From the NCBI GenBank assembly GCA_963799045.1, contig CAWCVN010000004.1, forward strand, positions 552,645-576,644: a DNA stretch of 24,000 nucleotides, given 5' to 3'. Source of the DNA: an uncultured Actinomycetota bacterium. GTDB lineage: Bacteria > Actinomycetota > Actinomycetes > Mycobacteriales > Jatrophihabitantaceae. Positions 8,027-15,465 of this stretch are shown here, piece after piece (within the stretch, counting starts at the first letter, position 1; the number at the start of each line of letters is the position of its first letter). Both the position numbers and the translations under genes were made by a program. The notes under the pieces are model-generated. The model worked only from the letters and a program-made list of their open reading frames with translations. It did not search any database and was not told the origin of the DNA.

Positions 8027-8977
8027 CTAACCCGATCCGTAGCTCTGGACGAGGGAGGTGATGATCAGGCCCCAGCCGTCGACGAGGACGAACAGCAGCA
8101 GCTTGAACGGAAGCGACACCGAGACCGGCGGGAGCATCATCATGCCGAGGCTCATCAGCGACGACGACACGACAAGATCGATGATCACGAACGGGATGTA
8201 GACCACGAAGCCGATGATCATCGCGGCGCGCAGCTCCGAGAGGACGAACGCCGGGATGAGCGTCGTCAGCTGAACCTGTGACTTGTCCGGCGGGTTGGGC
8301 AGCTTCCCGGCGCGGAGCATGAGCGCGATCTCCTGCGGACGGGTGTGCGCGAGCATGAAATCGCGCAGGGGCGCGACGCCGGCCTTCCACGCCACGTCCC
8401 GGGTCTTGGTCCCGTCCAGGTATGGATGGATGCCGTTGTCGTAGACCTTGCTCAGGACCGGACCCATAACGAACAGGCTCAGGAACAGCGACAGGCCCGC
8501 CAGCACCTGGTTGGGCGGCACGGACTGCAGCCCGAGCGCGTTTCGCGTCAGCGACAGGACGACGAAGATCTTGGTGAAGCTGGTGACCAGTAGCAGCAGC
8601 GACGGTGCGACAGCCAGCACGGTCACCAGCATCAGCAAGGTGATCGACTGGCTCGGCTTGCCGCCGACGTTGACCGTCACCGAGCCCGAGCCGCTGCTGC
8701 CGTCGGGGGCGGCCGGGCTGGACGGGGCCGTCGGGCCGGTCGGGGCGGTCGGCGCGGCGAGCGGCTGCGCGTAGGTGCCGGTGAGCGGCGCTGCTTGCGC
8801 GGCGAGCTGGGTGCCGGCGGCGGCGGGCGTGGCCGCGTGCGCTGAGCCGGATCCGTGACCGTAGATCAGTGCGGTGGCGGCCAGTAGCGCCAGCAGGAAC
8901 AGCGCCAGCCGTGATGCAGTTCGTCCTGTCGTGACCTCGAGGCGTCCGTGCCCTTCTGTGGCCCGACCGGGCCTCAC
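8027..8977 (-). CDS. fliP: flagellar export gate protein FliP
   Basis: Conserved core: FTKIFVVLSLTRNALGLQSVPPNQVLAGLSLFLSLFVMGPV, FVLSELRAAMIIGFVVYIPFVIIDLVVSSSLMSLGMMMLPPVSVSLPFKLLLFVLVDGW. I prefer GTG at 8977, which forms a GTGA overlap with the fliO stop. Codons between 8978 and 9025 have poor GC3 in this frame. The track start is ATG at 9025. Confidence 0.88.
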   Translation of the reverse strand: MRPGRATEGHGRLEVTTGRTASRLALFLLALLAATALIYGHGSGSAHAATPAAAGTQLAAQAAPLTGTYAQPLAAPTAPTGPTAPSSPAAPDGSSGSGSVTVNVGGKPSQSITLLMLVTVLAVAPSLLLLVTSFTKIFVVLSLTRNALGLQSVPPNQVLAGLSLFLSLFVMGPVLSKVYDNGIHPYLDGTKTRDVAWKAGVAPLRDFMLAHTRPQEIALMLRAGKLPNPPDKSQVQLTTLIPAFVLSELRAAMIIGFVVYIPFVIIDLVVSSSLMSLGMMMLPPVSVSLPFKLLLFVLVDGWGLIITSLVQSYGSG

Positions 8978-9449
8978 GTCCGCCGAGCGGTCAGGTCGCG
9001 CAGCGACTCGAGGGTTTGCCGCCACGTCGCCGGGGAGAGGGCCGAGCCGGTCAACGGCCCGCGGGGCGCGCCGGGCATCCCGGCCGCGGACAGCGCCGCG
9101 CCGCTGGGTGCGGGCGCCGGGCGGTCGGCCGCGGCGCGGGGGGCAGGCGCGGCGCGCGCGCCGGCTTCGCCGCCTCGGCCTGCAGTGCGTCCTCCACCGC
9201 GTCGAGGTCGGCGTCGCCGAGCACGCTGACCTGCCCGTCGGTGATGCCGACGATCAGGGCCTGGTCGAGCACGCGCACCACCGCGATCGAGGTCGAACGC
9301 GACAGCTGCTGGCGCGACAGCAGCTCGATCAGCTTGCCGTTCTTGCCGCGCGCACCGCTGCGCTTCATTCGCCGGGCGATCAGCCACATCAGGCCGAGGA
9401 CCGCGGAGAGCGAGATCAGCAAGCGCCCCACCAGCGCTACCGTGTTCAT
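8974..9449 (-). pseudogene. fliO: FliO-type flagellar export accessory protein; one frame break as sequenced
   Basis: ATG at 9449. A single TM helix (LVGRLLISLSAVLGLMWLIARRM) is followed by LIELLSRQQLSRSTSIAVVRVLDQALIVGITDGQVSVLG. It sits between fliN and fliP. The last ~17 codons in the other frame (WRQTLESLRDLTARRT, stop at 8974) have high GC3 and end in a GTGA overlap with fliP. This implies a -1 break somewhere in the Pro/Ala-rich stretch 9060-9165. The alternative is an intact 132-aa product ending at 9051. Confidence 0.65.
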
Positions 9450-9451
9450 GG

Positions 9452-10180
9452 CTACCGCGGTGAGTCGTCCGTGATGACCTGGGTGATCCGCAGGCCGTAG
9501 TTCTCGTCGACCACGACCACCTCGCCGCGCGCGATCAGCCGACCGTTGACGAACAGGTCGGCCGGCGCGCCGGCGACGCGGTCGAGCTCGATGACGGCGC
9601 CGGAGCGCAGCGTGAGCAGGTCGTTGACCGTCATCCGGGCCCGGCCGAGCTCGGCGGTGGCCTCCATCTCGACACCGCGCAGCAGGTCGAGCCGGTCGAC
9701 CTGGGGTGCCGCGGCGGCGGGTTGGTCGGCGGCCTCGGCGGGACCGGCGTCGATGCCGATCGCCAGCGCGGCGCGCACGGACTGGGCGCCCTGCAGCGGC
9801 ACCAGGGCCGCGTCGTCGCGGGCGAAGACCCGGCTCAGCGCCAGCCGCGGCTCCAGCTGCTGCAGCTGGCCGAGCGCGAGCGAGCCGACGGCGACCGACA
9901 CGGCCTCGAGCGTGGGCGCGAGCGCCGCGGCGAGCTCCAGCGGGCCGATGGTCGCCTCGCGCAGCGCCGCGGCCAGATCGTCGTCGATCAGCAGGGCCAG
10001 CTCGCCGGTCACCGCGCCGGTGAACGGGGCCACCAGCGCGTGGGCGAGGCTGTCCGCGACACCGTGCTCGGTGGTCGGCTGACCCACGGTCAGCGGCTCG
10101 CTGCTCGCGAGGTTCACCACCACGCTCGCGGCCGCCGTGGCGGCCAGTTCCGTGGCTGCGATCGGGATGACGGTGGTCAC
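9452..10180 (-). CDS. fliN: flagellar C-ring protein FliN with an extended N-terminal domain
   Basis: C-terminal SpoA/FliN domain: LDLLRGVEMEATAELGRARMTVNDLLTLRSGAVIELDRVAGAPADLFVNGRLIARGEVVVVDENYGLRITQVI. GTG start at 10180 forms a GTGA overlap with the fliM stop. Confidence 0.88.
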   Translation of the reverse strand: MTTVIPIAATELAATAAASVVVNLASSEPLTVGQPTTEHGVADSLAHALVAPFTGAVTGELALLIDDDLAAALREATIGPLELAAALAPTLEAVSVAVGSLALGQLQQLEPRLALSRVFARDDAALVPLQGAQSVRAALAIGIDAGPAEAADQPAAAAPQVDRLDLLRGVEMEATAELGRARMTVNDLLTLRSGAVIELDRVAGAPADLFVNGRLIARGEVVVVDENYGLRITQVITDDSPR

Positions 10181-11127
10181 GCGTGCTCCTGGGTTGTGTT
10201 GACGATCAGTGCGGCCAGCCGGTTGCCGGACCGGCCGGCGATGGCGGATCCGAAGGTGACGCCGCCGGCCTGGACCGTGAGCGGGGCGCCGGCGCGGTGG
10301 CTGAGGGTGATCAGGTCGCCTTCGGCGAGGGTGAGGATCCGGTCGGGACTCAGGCGGATGGGTGCGAAGTGGACGGCGACGTCCAGCGGGACGTCACCGA
10401 GGCGCTCGCGCAGCTTGCGGGCGCCGGCCTCGACCGTCGCGGGGTCGGACTGCTCGACCTCCTCGCGGGGCCGCTGCGCGATCAGCCGCGGCAGCAACGG
10501 CGCGAGCGGCAGGCACAGCGTCAGCCGGCAGCTCTCCGCTCCGATCGCCATCTCGAACGAGCCGACGACGACCGCGTCCGTGGCGCTCGCGGCCTGCACG
10601 AACTGGGGGTTGTATTCGATGGGGCCGAGCGAGGGCAGCACCGGGGCGATCGGCTCGAGCGAGTAGCGCAGCGTGGCGACCAGCTGGTCGAGCAGGCCAC
10701 GGATGAGCGTGGTCTCGATGTCGGTGAGCGTGCGCGGGCTCTGCTGGCCGCCCGGTCCGCCGAGCATGTGGTCGATCGCCGCCAGGGCGACCGGCAGCGA
10801 GAACTCGACCACGCCGGTGCCGGCCAGCGGCGGCAGGCTGAGCGGGCACATCAGGGTCTGGTTCTCCAGCCCGGTGATGTACTCGTCGTAGCTCTCCTGG
10901 CTGATGTCGGTGATCGTCACCTGGCAGACCTGGCGCAGGCTGCTCGTGAGCAGCGTGGTCATCCGCCGGGCGAACGTCTCGTAGGCCATCTGCAGCGCGC
11001 GGATGTGCTCACGGGACAGCTTCGACGGGCGCCGGAAGTCGTAGGCCACGATCTCGTCGTTGCGCCGCCGTCCGCGGGGGTCCAGGGATCCCACGGCCGC
11101 TGGTCCGTGCGCGGAGATGGTTGGCAC
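10177..11127 (-). CDS. fliM: flagellar C-ring switch protein FliM
   Basis: 316 aa. Matching segments: IVAYDFRRPSKLSREHIRALQMAYETFARRMTTLLTSSLRQ, and a C-terminal SpoA-like part (VHFAPIRLSPDRILTLAEGDLITLSH...GVTFGSAIAGRSGNRLAALI). It lies between fliL and fliN. Confidence 0.88.
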   Translation of the reverse strand: MPTISAHGPAAVGSLDPRGRRRNDEIVAYDFRRPSKLSREHIRALQMAYETFARRMTTLLTSSLRQVCQVTITDISQESYDEYITGLENQTLMCPLSLPPLAGTGVVEFSLPVALAAIDHMLGGPGGQQSPRTLTDIETTLIRGLLDQLVATLRYSLEPIAPVLPSLGPIEYNPQFVQAASATDAVVVGSFEMAIGAESCRLTLCLPLAPLLPRLIAQRPREEVEQSDPATVEAGARKLRERLGDVPLDVAVHFAPIRLSPDRILTLAEGDLITLSHRAGAPLTVQAGGVTFGSAIAGRSGNRLAALIVNTTQEHA

Positions 11128-11222
11128 GCCCGATCAATCGGCAGCGGGCACACGCACCTGAGCTTGATGTGAAGAAAGCGGCAACAACGGCCCCGGGTGG
11201 GGGAGCCGCCCCGGAATTGCGG

Positions 11223-11747
11223 TCACTGTGCAACGAATTGGGTCAGGAATGCGGCGTACACCTCCCCCGGGTAGGCCTTCTTCAGCTGGGTGAGCAGGTC
11301 CGCGGTCAGCTTCTTGCGCTCGGCGTTGGTGTCGATCAGGGTGATCTGCCGGTTGCTGAACTCGTCGATGACCAGCTCCGCGGCGTGGCTGGTGTCGAAG
11401 GAGGTCGCGCTGGCCTTGCCCTTCACCAGCTGCACCGCGACCGCCACCTTCAGGTAGTGCCCGGCCGCGAGGTTCACCGTCATGGCGTCGATCGGAACCA
11501 CGTCTCCGCCGGTCGGCGGGGCAGCCTTGTGCGGCATCAGGAACTTGTAGGCGCCGCCGCCGACGACGAGCACGCCCACGACCGCCAGGATGAACTTCTT
11601 CGACTTGAACAGCCCGCCCTTGCCCACGCGCTTGCCCTTTTTCTTGGCGCCGTTCTCGTCGCCATCGGGGGCGCCCTCGCCGGCCTTGCCGTTGGCCGAC
11701 GGCTTGCTGCCGGTCGTGCGGCTCTGGGGCGCAGTGGTGGTGCTCAT
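11223..11747 (-). CDS. fliL: flagellar basal-body-associated protein FliL
   Basis: 174 aa. A charged N-terminus is followed by one TM helix (FILAVVGVLVVGGGAY), then VNLAAGHYLKVAVAVQL...AELVIDEFSN...LLTQLKKAY. GGAGA RBS upstream. Position after motB matches the spirochete-type order. Confidence 0.8.
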   Translation of the reverse strand: MSTTTAPQSRTTGSKPSANGKAGEGAPDGDENGAKKKGKRVGKGGLFKSKKFILAVVGVLVVGGGAYKFLMPHKAAPPTGGDVVPIDAMTVNLAAGHYLKVAVAVQLVKGKASATSFDTSHAAELVIDEFSNRQITLIDTNAERKKLTADLLTQLKKAYPGEVYAAFLTQFVAQ

Positions 11748-11775
11748 TTCGATCTCCGATTCGGTGTAGCCGGGT

Positions 11776-12777
11776 TCACGGGGTCGAGGTGCCGGAGTTG
11801 CTGTTCGCGACCCGCTGGGCGGAGTGCTGGGCGGCTTGGATGGCCGATTCCAGGGCGTCGCCGGAGGTGTCCGGCAGCCCCGACATCACGACGATGTCCA
11901 CCCGGCGATTGCGGGTCACCGATCGCGGGTCGCTCGGCGACAGCAGCGGATCCAGGTCGTTGTAGCCGGTAGCCGACAGCCGCGACTCGGCGATGCGATG
12001 GGCGACCATGAACCGGACCACCGCCGACGCGCGAGCCGAGGACAGCTCCCAGCCGCTCGGGTAGGGGTAGGTGCTGGCCGGCAGCTGGTTGGTGTAGCCG
12101 TTGACCGCGATCTGGTTGGTCACCGTCGCGAGCTCGGGCGCGATCACCCCCAGGATCTCCTGACCACCCGGCTGGAGCACGGCGCTGTTGCCCTTGAAGA
12201 CCAGCGCGTTGGTCACGATGGTCATGATCAGGCCGCGGCGGTCCATCGAGAACTGCACGGCGCCGTGCAGGCCGTGCCGGTCGAGCGCGTGGTTGACCGC
12301 CTGCTCCAGCTTTCGGAAGTTCTGCACCTGCTGCTGGGCCATGGTGTCCAGGTTGGCGGGGACGGTGGTCTGACTGCCCTGGTTGCTCCGGTTCGCCGTA
12401 GCCTGCTGGCCCCCCTGCCCGGTCGAGTTCTGCAGCGGGTTCGCCGCCGTCCCCGGGATGATGGTGTCGGTGCCGCTCTGGGACGTGGTGTTGTCCAGCA
12501 GGCCCTGCCCGCCGTCGAGCACGCTCTTGGGGCCCTCCCCGAAGGCGGAGGCCAGTGACTGGCGCAGCTGAATGAACTTCGAGGTGTTCACGACCGAGAT
12601 CGAGAACAGCACGATGAACAGCACCAGCAGCAAGGTGAGCATGTCGGCGTAGGTCACCAGCCAGCGCTCCGCGCCGCCCGCCTCCTCCCCGCCGTGGTCG
12701 GCCCTGGTCCGCCTGCGGCGGCGGGCCTTGGACATCGCGGACGGGTGGCCGGACATGCGGGCAGGACGGGCAGCCAT
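11776..12777 (-). CDS. motB: stator protein MotB (OmpA-like peptidoglycan-binding C-terminus)
   Basis: I place the start at ATG 12777, sharing one base with the motA TGA (TGATG). The TM segment carries the conserved Asp: ERWLVTYADMLTLLLVLFIVLF. The OmpA-like end reads GYTNQLP...SGWELSSARASAVVRFM...ATGYNDLDPL...NRRVDIVV. Track ORF 11776..12981 over-extends into motA. Confidence 0.88.
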   Translation of the reverse strand: MAARPARMSGHPSAMSKARRRRRTRADHGGEEAGGAERWLVTYADMLTLLLVLFIVLFSISVVNTSKFIQLRQSLASAFGEGPKSVLDGGQGLLDNTTSQSGTDTIIPGTAANPLQNSTGQGGQQATANRSNQGSQTTVPANLDTMAQQQVQNFRKLEQAVNHALDRHGLHGAVQFSMDRRGLIMTIVTNALVFKGNSAVLQPGGQEILGVIAPELATVTNQIAVNGYTNQLPASTYPYPSGWELSSARASAVVRFMVAHRIAESRLSATGYNDLDPLLSPSDPRSVTRNRRVDIVVMSGLPDTSGDALESAIQAAQHSAQRVANSNSGTSTP

Positions 12778-13550
12778 CAGGCCACGTCCTTCTGCTGCTC
12801 CTGTGCCGGCGCGTGCAGCATGCTCTGCAGCTTCTGCGCGATCATGCGCGGGTTCGAGCCGGCCTGGATCGCCAGCACGCCCTCGATGGTCAGCTCCATC
12901 TGCTCGCACTCGAGCTCGCTGACCCGCTTGAGCCGGTTGGCCATCGGGAACCAGAAGATATTGGCCGACATGACGCCCCACAGGGTCGCGACGAACGCGC
13001 CGGCGATCTTCTCGCCCAGGGTGCTGGTGTCGCTGAGGCTGCCCAGCACGTGGACCAGGCCGATGACGGTACCGATGATGCCGATCGTGGGCGCGTAGCC
13101 GCCCATGTCGTGGAACAGCTTCGCGGCGGCGCCGTCGGCGGCGCGCTTGGCGTCGACCTCGGCGCCGAGCAACTCGGCGACCTCGTCGGCGTCGGTGCCG
13201 TCGATCGCGAGCTCCAGCGCCCGCTTGAGGAACGGGTCGTCGACCTTGGCGACGTCGCCCTCGAGCGCCAGCAGGCCTTCGCGGCGGGCCCGCTCGGCCA
13301 TCTTGACGATGACGCCGACGTTGTCGTGCGCCGCGGACGGCTTTGCCTTGATCGCCCGCATCAGCGACTTGGGCATGTTCTTGGCCTCGTGCATCAGCGT
13401 GCCGGCCATCGCCGCGCCGATCGTGCCGCCGAAGACGAGAATCATCGGCGGGATGAGGAACAGGGAGGCGGGATTGCCGCCTTCCATGATCATCGAGCCG
13501 AGGATCGCGACGAGCGCCAGGCCGATGCCGATGAGCGTCGACGGATCCAT
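12777..13550 (-). CDS. motA: stator protein MotA
   Basis: 257 aa. Matching segments: MDPSTLIGIGLALVAILGSMIMEGGNP..., GGYAPTIGIIGTVIGLVHVL, GAFVATLWGVMSANIFWFPMANRLK. Its ATG shares one base with the flbD stop. Confidence 0.9.
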   Translation of the reverse strand: MDPSTLIGIGLALVAILGSMIMEGGNPASLFLIPPMILVFGGTIGAAMAGTLMHEAKNMPKSLMRAIKAKPSAAHDNVGVIVKMAERARREGLLALEGDVAKVDDPFLKRALELAIDGTDADEVAELLGAEVDAKRAADGAAAKLFHDMGGYAPTIGIIGTVIGLVHVLGSLSDTSTLGEKIAGAFVATLWGVMSANIFWFPMANRLKRVSELECEQMELTIEGVLAIQAGSNPRMIAQKLQSMLHAPAQEQQKDVA

Positions 13551-13834
13551 CAGGGCTGCTCCCCCAGGCGGAATGCGACGACGGTGCCTCCGGGCTCCGA
13601 GTTGTTCACCTTGACCGGCTGCGGCCGTCGAGCTTCCGGGGGGACCTGCGCGGCCGCGATGATGTCCGCGCGGTAGTTCAAGATCAGTGAGGTGAGCTCG
13701 TCCAGCGACTCCCGGATGACGTACTTGCTGCCGTTGACCAGGGTCACGACCGTGTCCGGTGTCGCCTCCGCCCGCTCGATGAGGTCGGGGTTGAGCGCGA
13801 AGACCGGTCCGCTCAGTCTCGTCAGCTTCAACAC
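13550..13834 (-). CDS. flbD: FlbD family flagellar protein
   Basis: GTG at 13834 is preceded by AAGGA 8 nt upstream. Sequence VLKLTRLSGPVFALNPDLIERAEATPDTVVTLVNGSKYVIRESLDELTSLILNYR matches the FlbD pattern (LTRLNG..., PDT..., NG.KY.V.ES). It lies just before motA, as in spirochete and Firmicute clusters. The track ORF start at 13900 is probably an over-extension. Confidence 0.8.
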   Translation of the reverse strand: MLKLTRLSGPVFALNPDLIERAEATPDTVVTLVNGSKYVIRESLDELTSLILNYRADIIAAAQVPPEARRPQPVKVNNSEPGGTVVAFRLGEQP

Positions 13835-13883
13835 GGCATCCGTCCTTGGAAGTCGGGGGGCCGTCCGTGGCCCCACGTGGTAG

Positions 13884-13910
13884 TTATCGGCCGATTTCAC
13901 AGCGCCTTGA
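13884..13910 (-). promoter_or_regulatory. candidate sigma-28 (FliA/SigD/WhiG-type) promoter for flbD-motA-motB-fliL...
   Basis: The minus strand reads TCAA-N15-GCCGATAA, with the -35 at 13910-13907 and the -10 at 13891-13884. The -10 is an exact match to the classical GCCGATAA box, and the spacing matches TAAA-N15-GCCGATAA. It lies in the 159-bp gap between flgE and flbD, about 50 nt upstream of the flbD GTG. Confidence 0.55.
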
Positions 13911-13937
13911 GGCGGGCCACGACGGCCTACACAGGTG

Positions 13938-13965
13938 TATGAACGCCTCCCGGCCCCGTAATCGC
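13938..13965 (-). terminator. GC-rich hairpin downstream of flgE (candidate intrinsic terminator or mRNA-stabilising stem)
   Basis: Perfect inverted repeat TCCCGGCCCCG / CGGGGCCGGGA (13938-13948 with 13955-13965) and a 6-nt loop, 29 nt after the flgE stop. There is no clear U-tract (the following RNA is GGCGUUCAUACACC), which is common in high-GC actinobacteria. Confidence 0.45.
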
Positions 13966-13993
13966 GGGGCCGGGACGGACGTCAAAGATCAGC

Positions 13994-14851
13994 TCACGGG
14001 GACAGCTGGACCAGCGTCTGCAGCACCTGGTCGGAGGTGGTGATCACCTTGGAGTTCGCCTGGAAGCCGCGCTCGGAGATGATCAGGTTGGTCAGCTCCT
14101 TGGCCAGGTCGACGTTGCTCATCTCGACGTAGCCGGTGGTGATGGTGCCGACCCCGGTCGCGCTCGGTGTGCCCGAGGCCGCCGTCTGCACGTACTCCGA
14201 GTCGCCGGCCTTGAGCAGCCCGTCGGGGTTGGCGAAGGACTGCAGGTCGACCTTCAGCGTCGGGGAGGCAGCGGTGATCGGGGCGCCGGTGACGTCGACC
14301 GGGTTGCCGGTGGCGTCGACACCGGTGATCGTGCCGTCGGCCGCGATGTTGTAGTCCACCCACTTGTTGCTCGGGTTCACCGACGTGAGCGGCAGTTGGA
14401 TCACGCCGTAGGTCGGCGTCGTCGCCGGCGGGGTGATCGTGGCGCCCATCAGCTCGGCGCCGTCCGGGTTGACCAGGTGGCCCTGGTCGTCGACGGAGAA
14501 GTTGCCGGCCCGGGTGTACATGGTCTGGCCGTTCTTGGTGACGGTGAAGAAGCCGTCGCCGTTGATGAGCATGTTGCTGCGCACGCCGGTCGGCTGGTTC
14601 GAGCCCTGGGTGAAGTTCATGGTGGTGCCCGCGACCTGGACACCGAGCCCGATCTGCACGGGGTTGGTGCCGCCGTTGGTCCCCGTCGCGGCGCCGCCGC
14701 CGGAGATCGTCTGGCTGAGCGTGTCCTCGAACTGGACCGTGCTGGACTTGTAGCCGGTGGTGTTGACGTTGGCGATGTTGTTCGCGGTGACGTCCAGCAT
14801 CTGCTGGTGCGCGGAGAGCCCGGAGATTCCGGTGAACAGGGACCGCAGCAT
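13994..14851 (-). CDS. flgE: flagellar hook protein FlgE (compact, 285 aa)
   Basis: N-terminus MLRSLFTGISGLSAHQQMLDVTANNIANVNTTGYK. Central GDGFFTV...YTRAGNFSVDDQGHLVNPDG. C-terminus GYVEMSNVDLAKELTNLIISERGFQANSKVITTSDQVLQTL. AGGAG RBS upstream. Confidence 0.9.
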   Translation of the reverse strand: MLRSLFTGISGLSAHQQMLDVTANNIANVNTTGYKSSTVQFEDTLSQTISGGGAATGTNGGTNPVQIGLGVQVAGTTMNFTQGSNQPTGVRSNMLINGDGFFTVTKNGQTMYTRAGNFSVDDQGHLVNPDGAELMGATITPPATTPTYGVIQLPLTSVNPSNKWVDYNIAADGTITGVDATGNPVDVTGAPITAASPTLKVDLQSFANPDGLLKAGDSEYVQTAASGTPSATGVGTITTGYVEMSNVDLAKELTNLIISERGFQANSKVITTSDQVLQTLVQLSP

Positions 14852-14914
14852 GGTTACTCCTCGAGTTGTGTGCGGTGGATTGCGGTGGTGGGGTGCCGGT
14901 GGGCCGGCGCCGGT

Positions 14915-15403
14915 TCAAGCCGAGGCCGGTGCGTTGCTCACCTCCGTGATGCTCGACAGCGGAACGGAGGTGCCGCCGACCTGGACCGTGGCGCCGCCGG
15001 AGAACAGCGACGCCCCCGTGACCACGCCCTGCGTCTGGCTGCCGGACGCGTCTTTGTAGGTGATCTGTTTGCCGATCATCGAGGTGGCCGACTGGGCCTG
15101 CTGCGCGCCCAGCAGCGAGGTGAGCGTGTCGGACATGCTGGTCATCGACTGCACCTGGGTCAGCGTCGCCGTCTGGTTCAGGAACGACGACGTGTCGACC
15201 GGGTTGCTCGGGTCCTGGTACTGCAGCTGGGCGACGAGCAGCTGCAGGAACGCCTGCGGGTCGAGCATGCTCGCCGTGGACGCTGCGGCGCCCGCGCCGC
15301 TCTGCGTCGCGCCCGCCTGCGTGCCCGCCTGCGTCGCCGGGGCCGACGTCGAGCTCGTGCCGGTGGCGTAGGGCGAGAACACGCCGGTCACGGGAGTGGT
15401 CAT
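14915..15403 (-). CDS. flgD: hook capping/assembly protein FlgD
   Basis: 162 aa. It carries the FlgD signature LDPQAFLQLLVAQLQYQDPSNPVD and lies immediately upstream of flgE. GGAGA RBS. Confidence 0.88.
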   Translation of the reverse strand: MTTPVTGVFSPYATGTSSTSAPATQAGTQAGATQSGAGAAASTASMLDPQAFLQLLVAQLQYQDPSNPVDTSSFLNQTATLTQVQSMTSMSDTLTSLLGAQQAQSATSMIGKQITYKDASGSQTQGVVTGASLFSGGATVQVGGTSVPLSSITEVSNAPASA

Positions 15404-15465
15404 CTCGTCTCCTTATCTGTCGGCAGACGCTGTCTGCGGATCCAGCGGCTTCGGGGCCGGTGCGC

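Noticed and set aside
11128-11222. The 95-bp fliL-fliM gap. It has an imperfect GC hairpin (about 11189-11207) followed on the minus strand by a T-rich run, plus a GCCGATTGA sequence (about 11140-11148, minus strand) resembling a sigma-28 -10 box
   Set aside because: The hairpin has only 5-7 bp and a mismatch. The -10-like box has no TAAA/TCAA element at the 15-16 nt spacing, and it would leave essentially no leader before the fliM GTG. The evidence is insufficient to call an internal terminator or promoter.
13994-14851. FlgE of only 285 aa considered as truncated or internally deleted
   Set aside because: The conserved N-terminal, central (GDGFF...YTRAGNF) and C-terminal (QRGFQAN-type) segments are contiguous in one frame with no sign of a break. 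Compact hooks lacking the large outer domain occur in Gram-positive lineages, so this is probably native.
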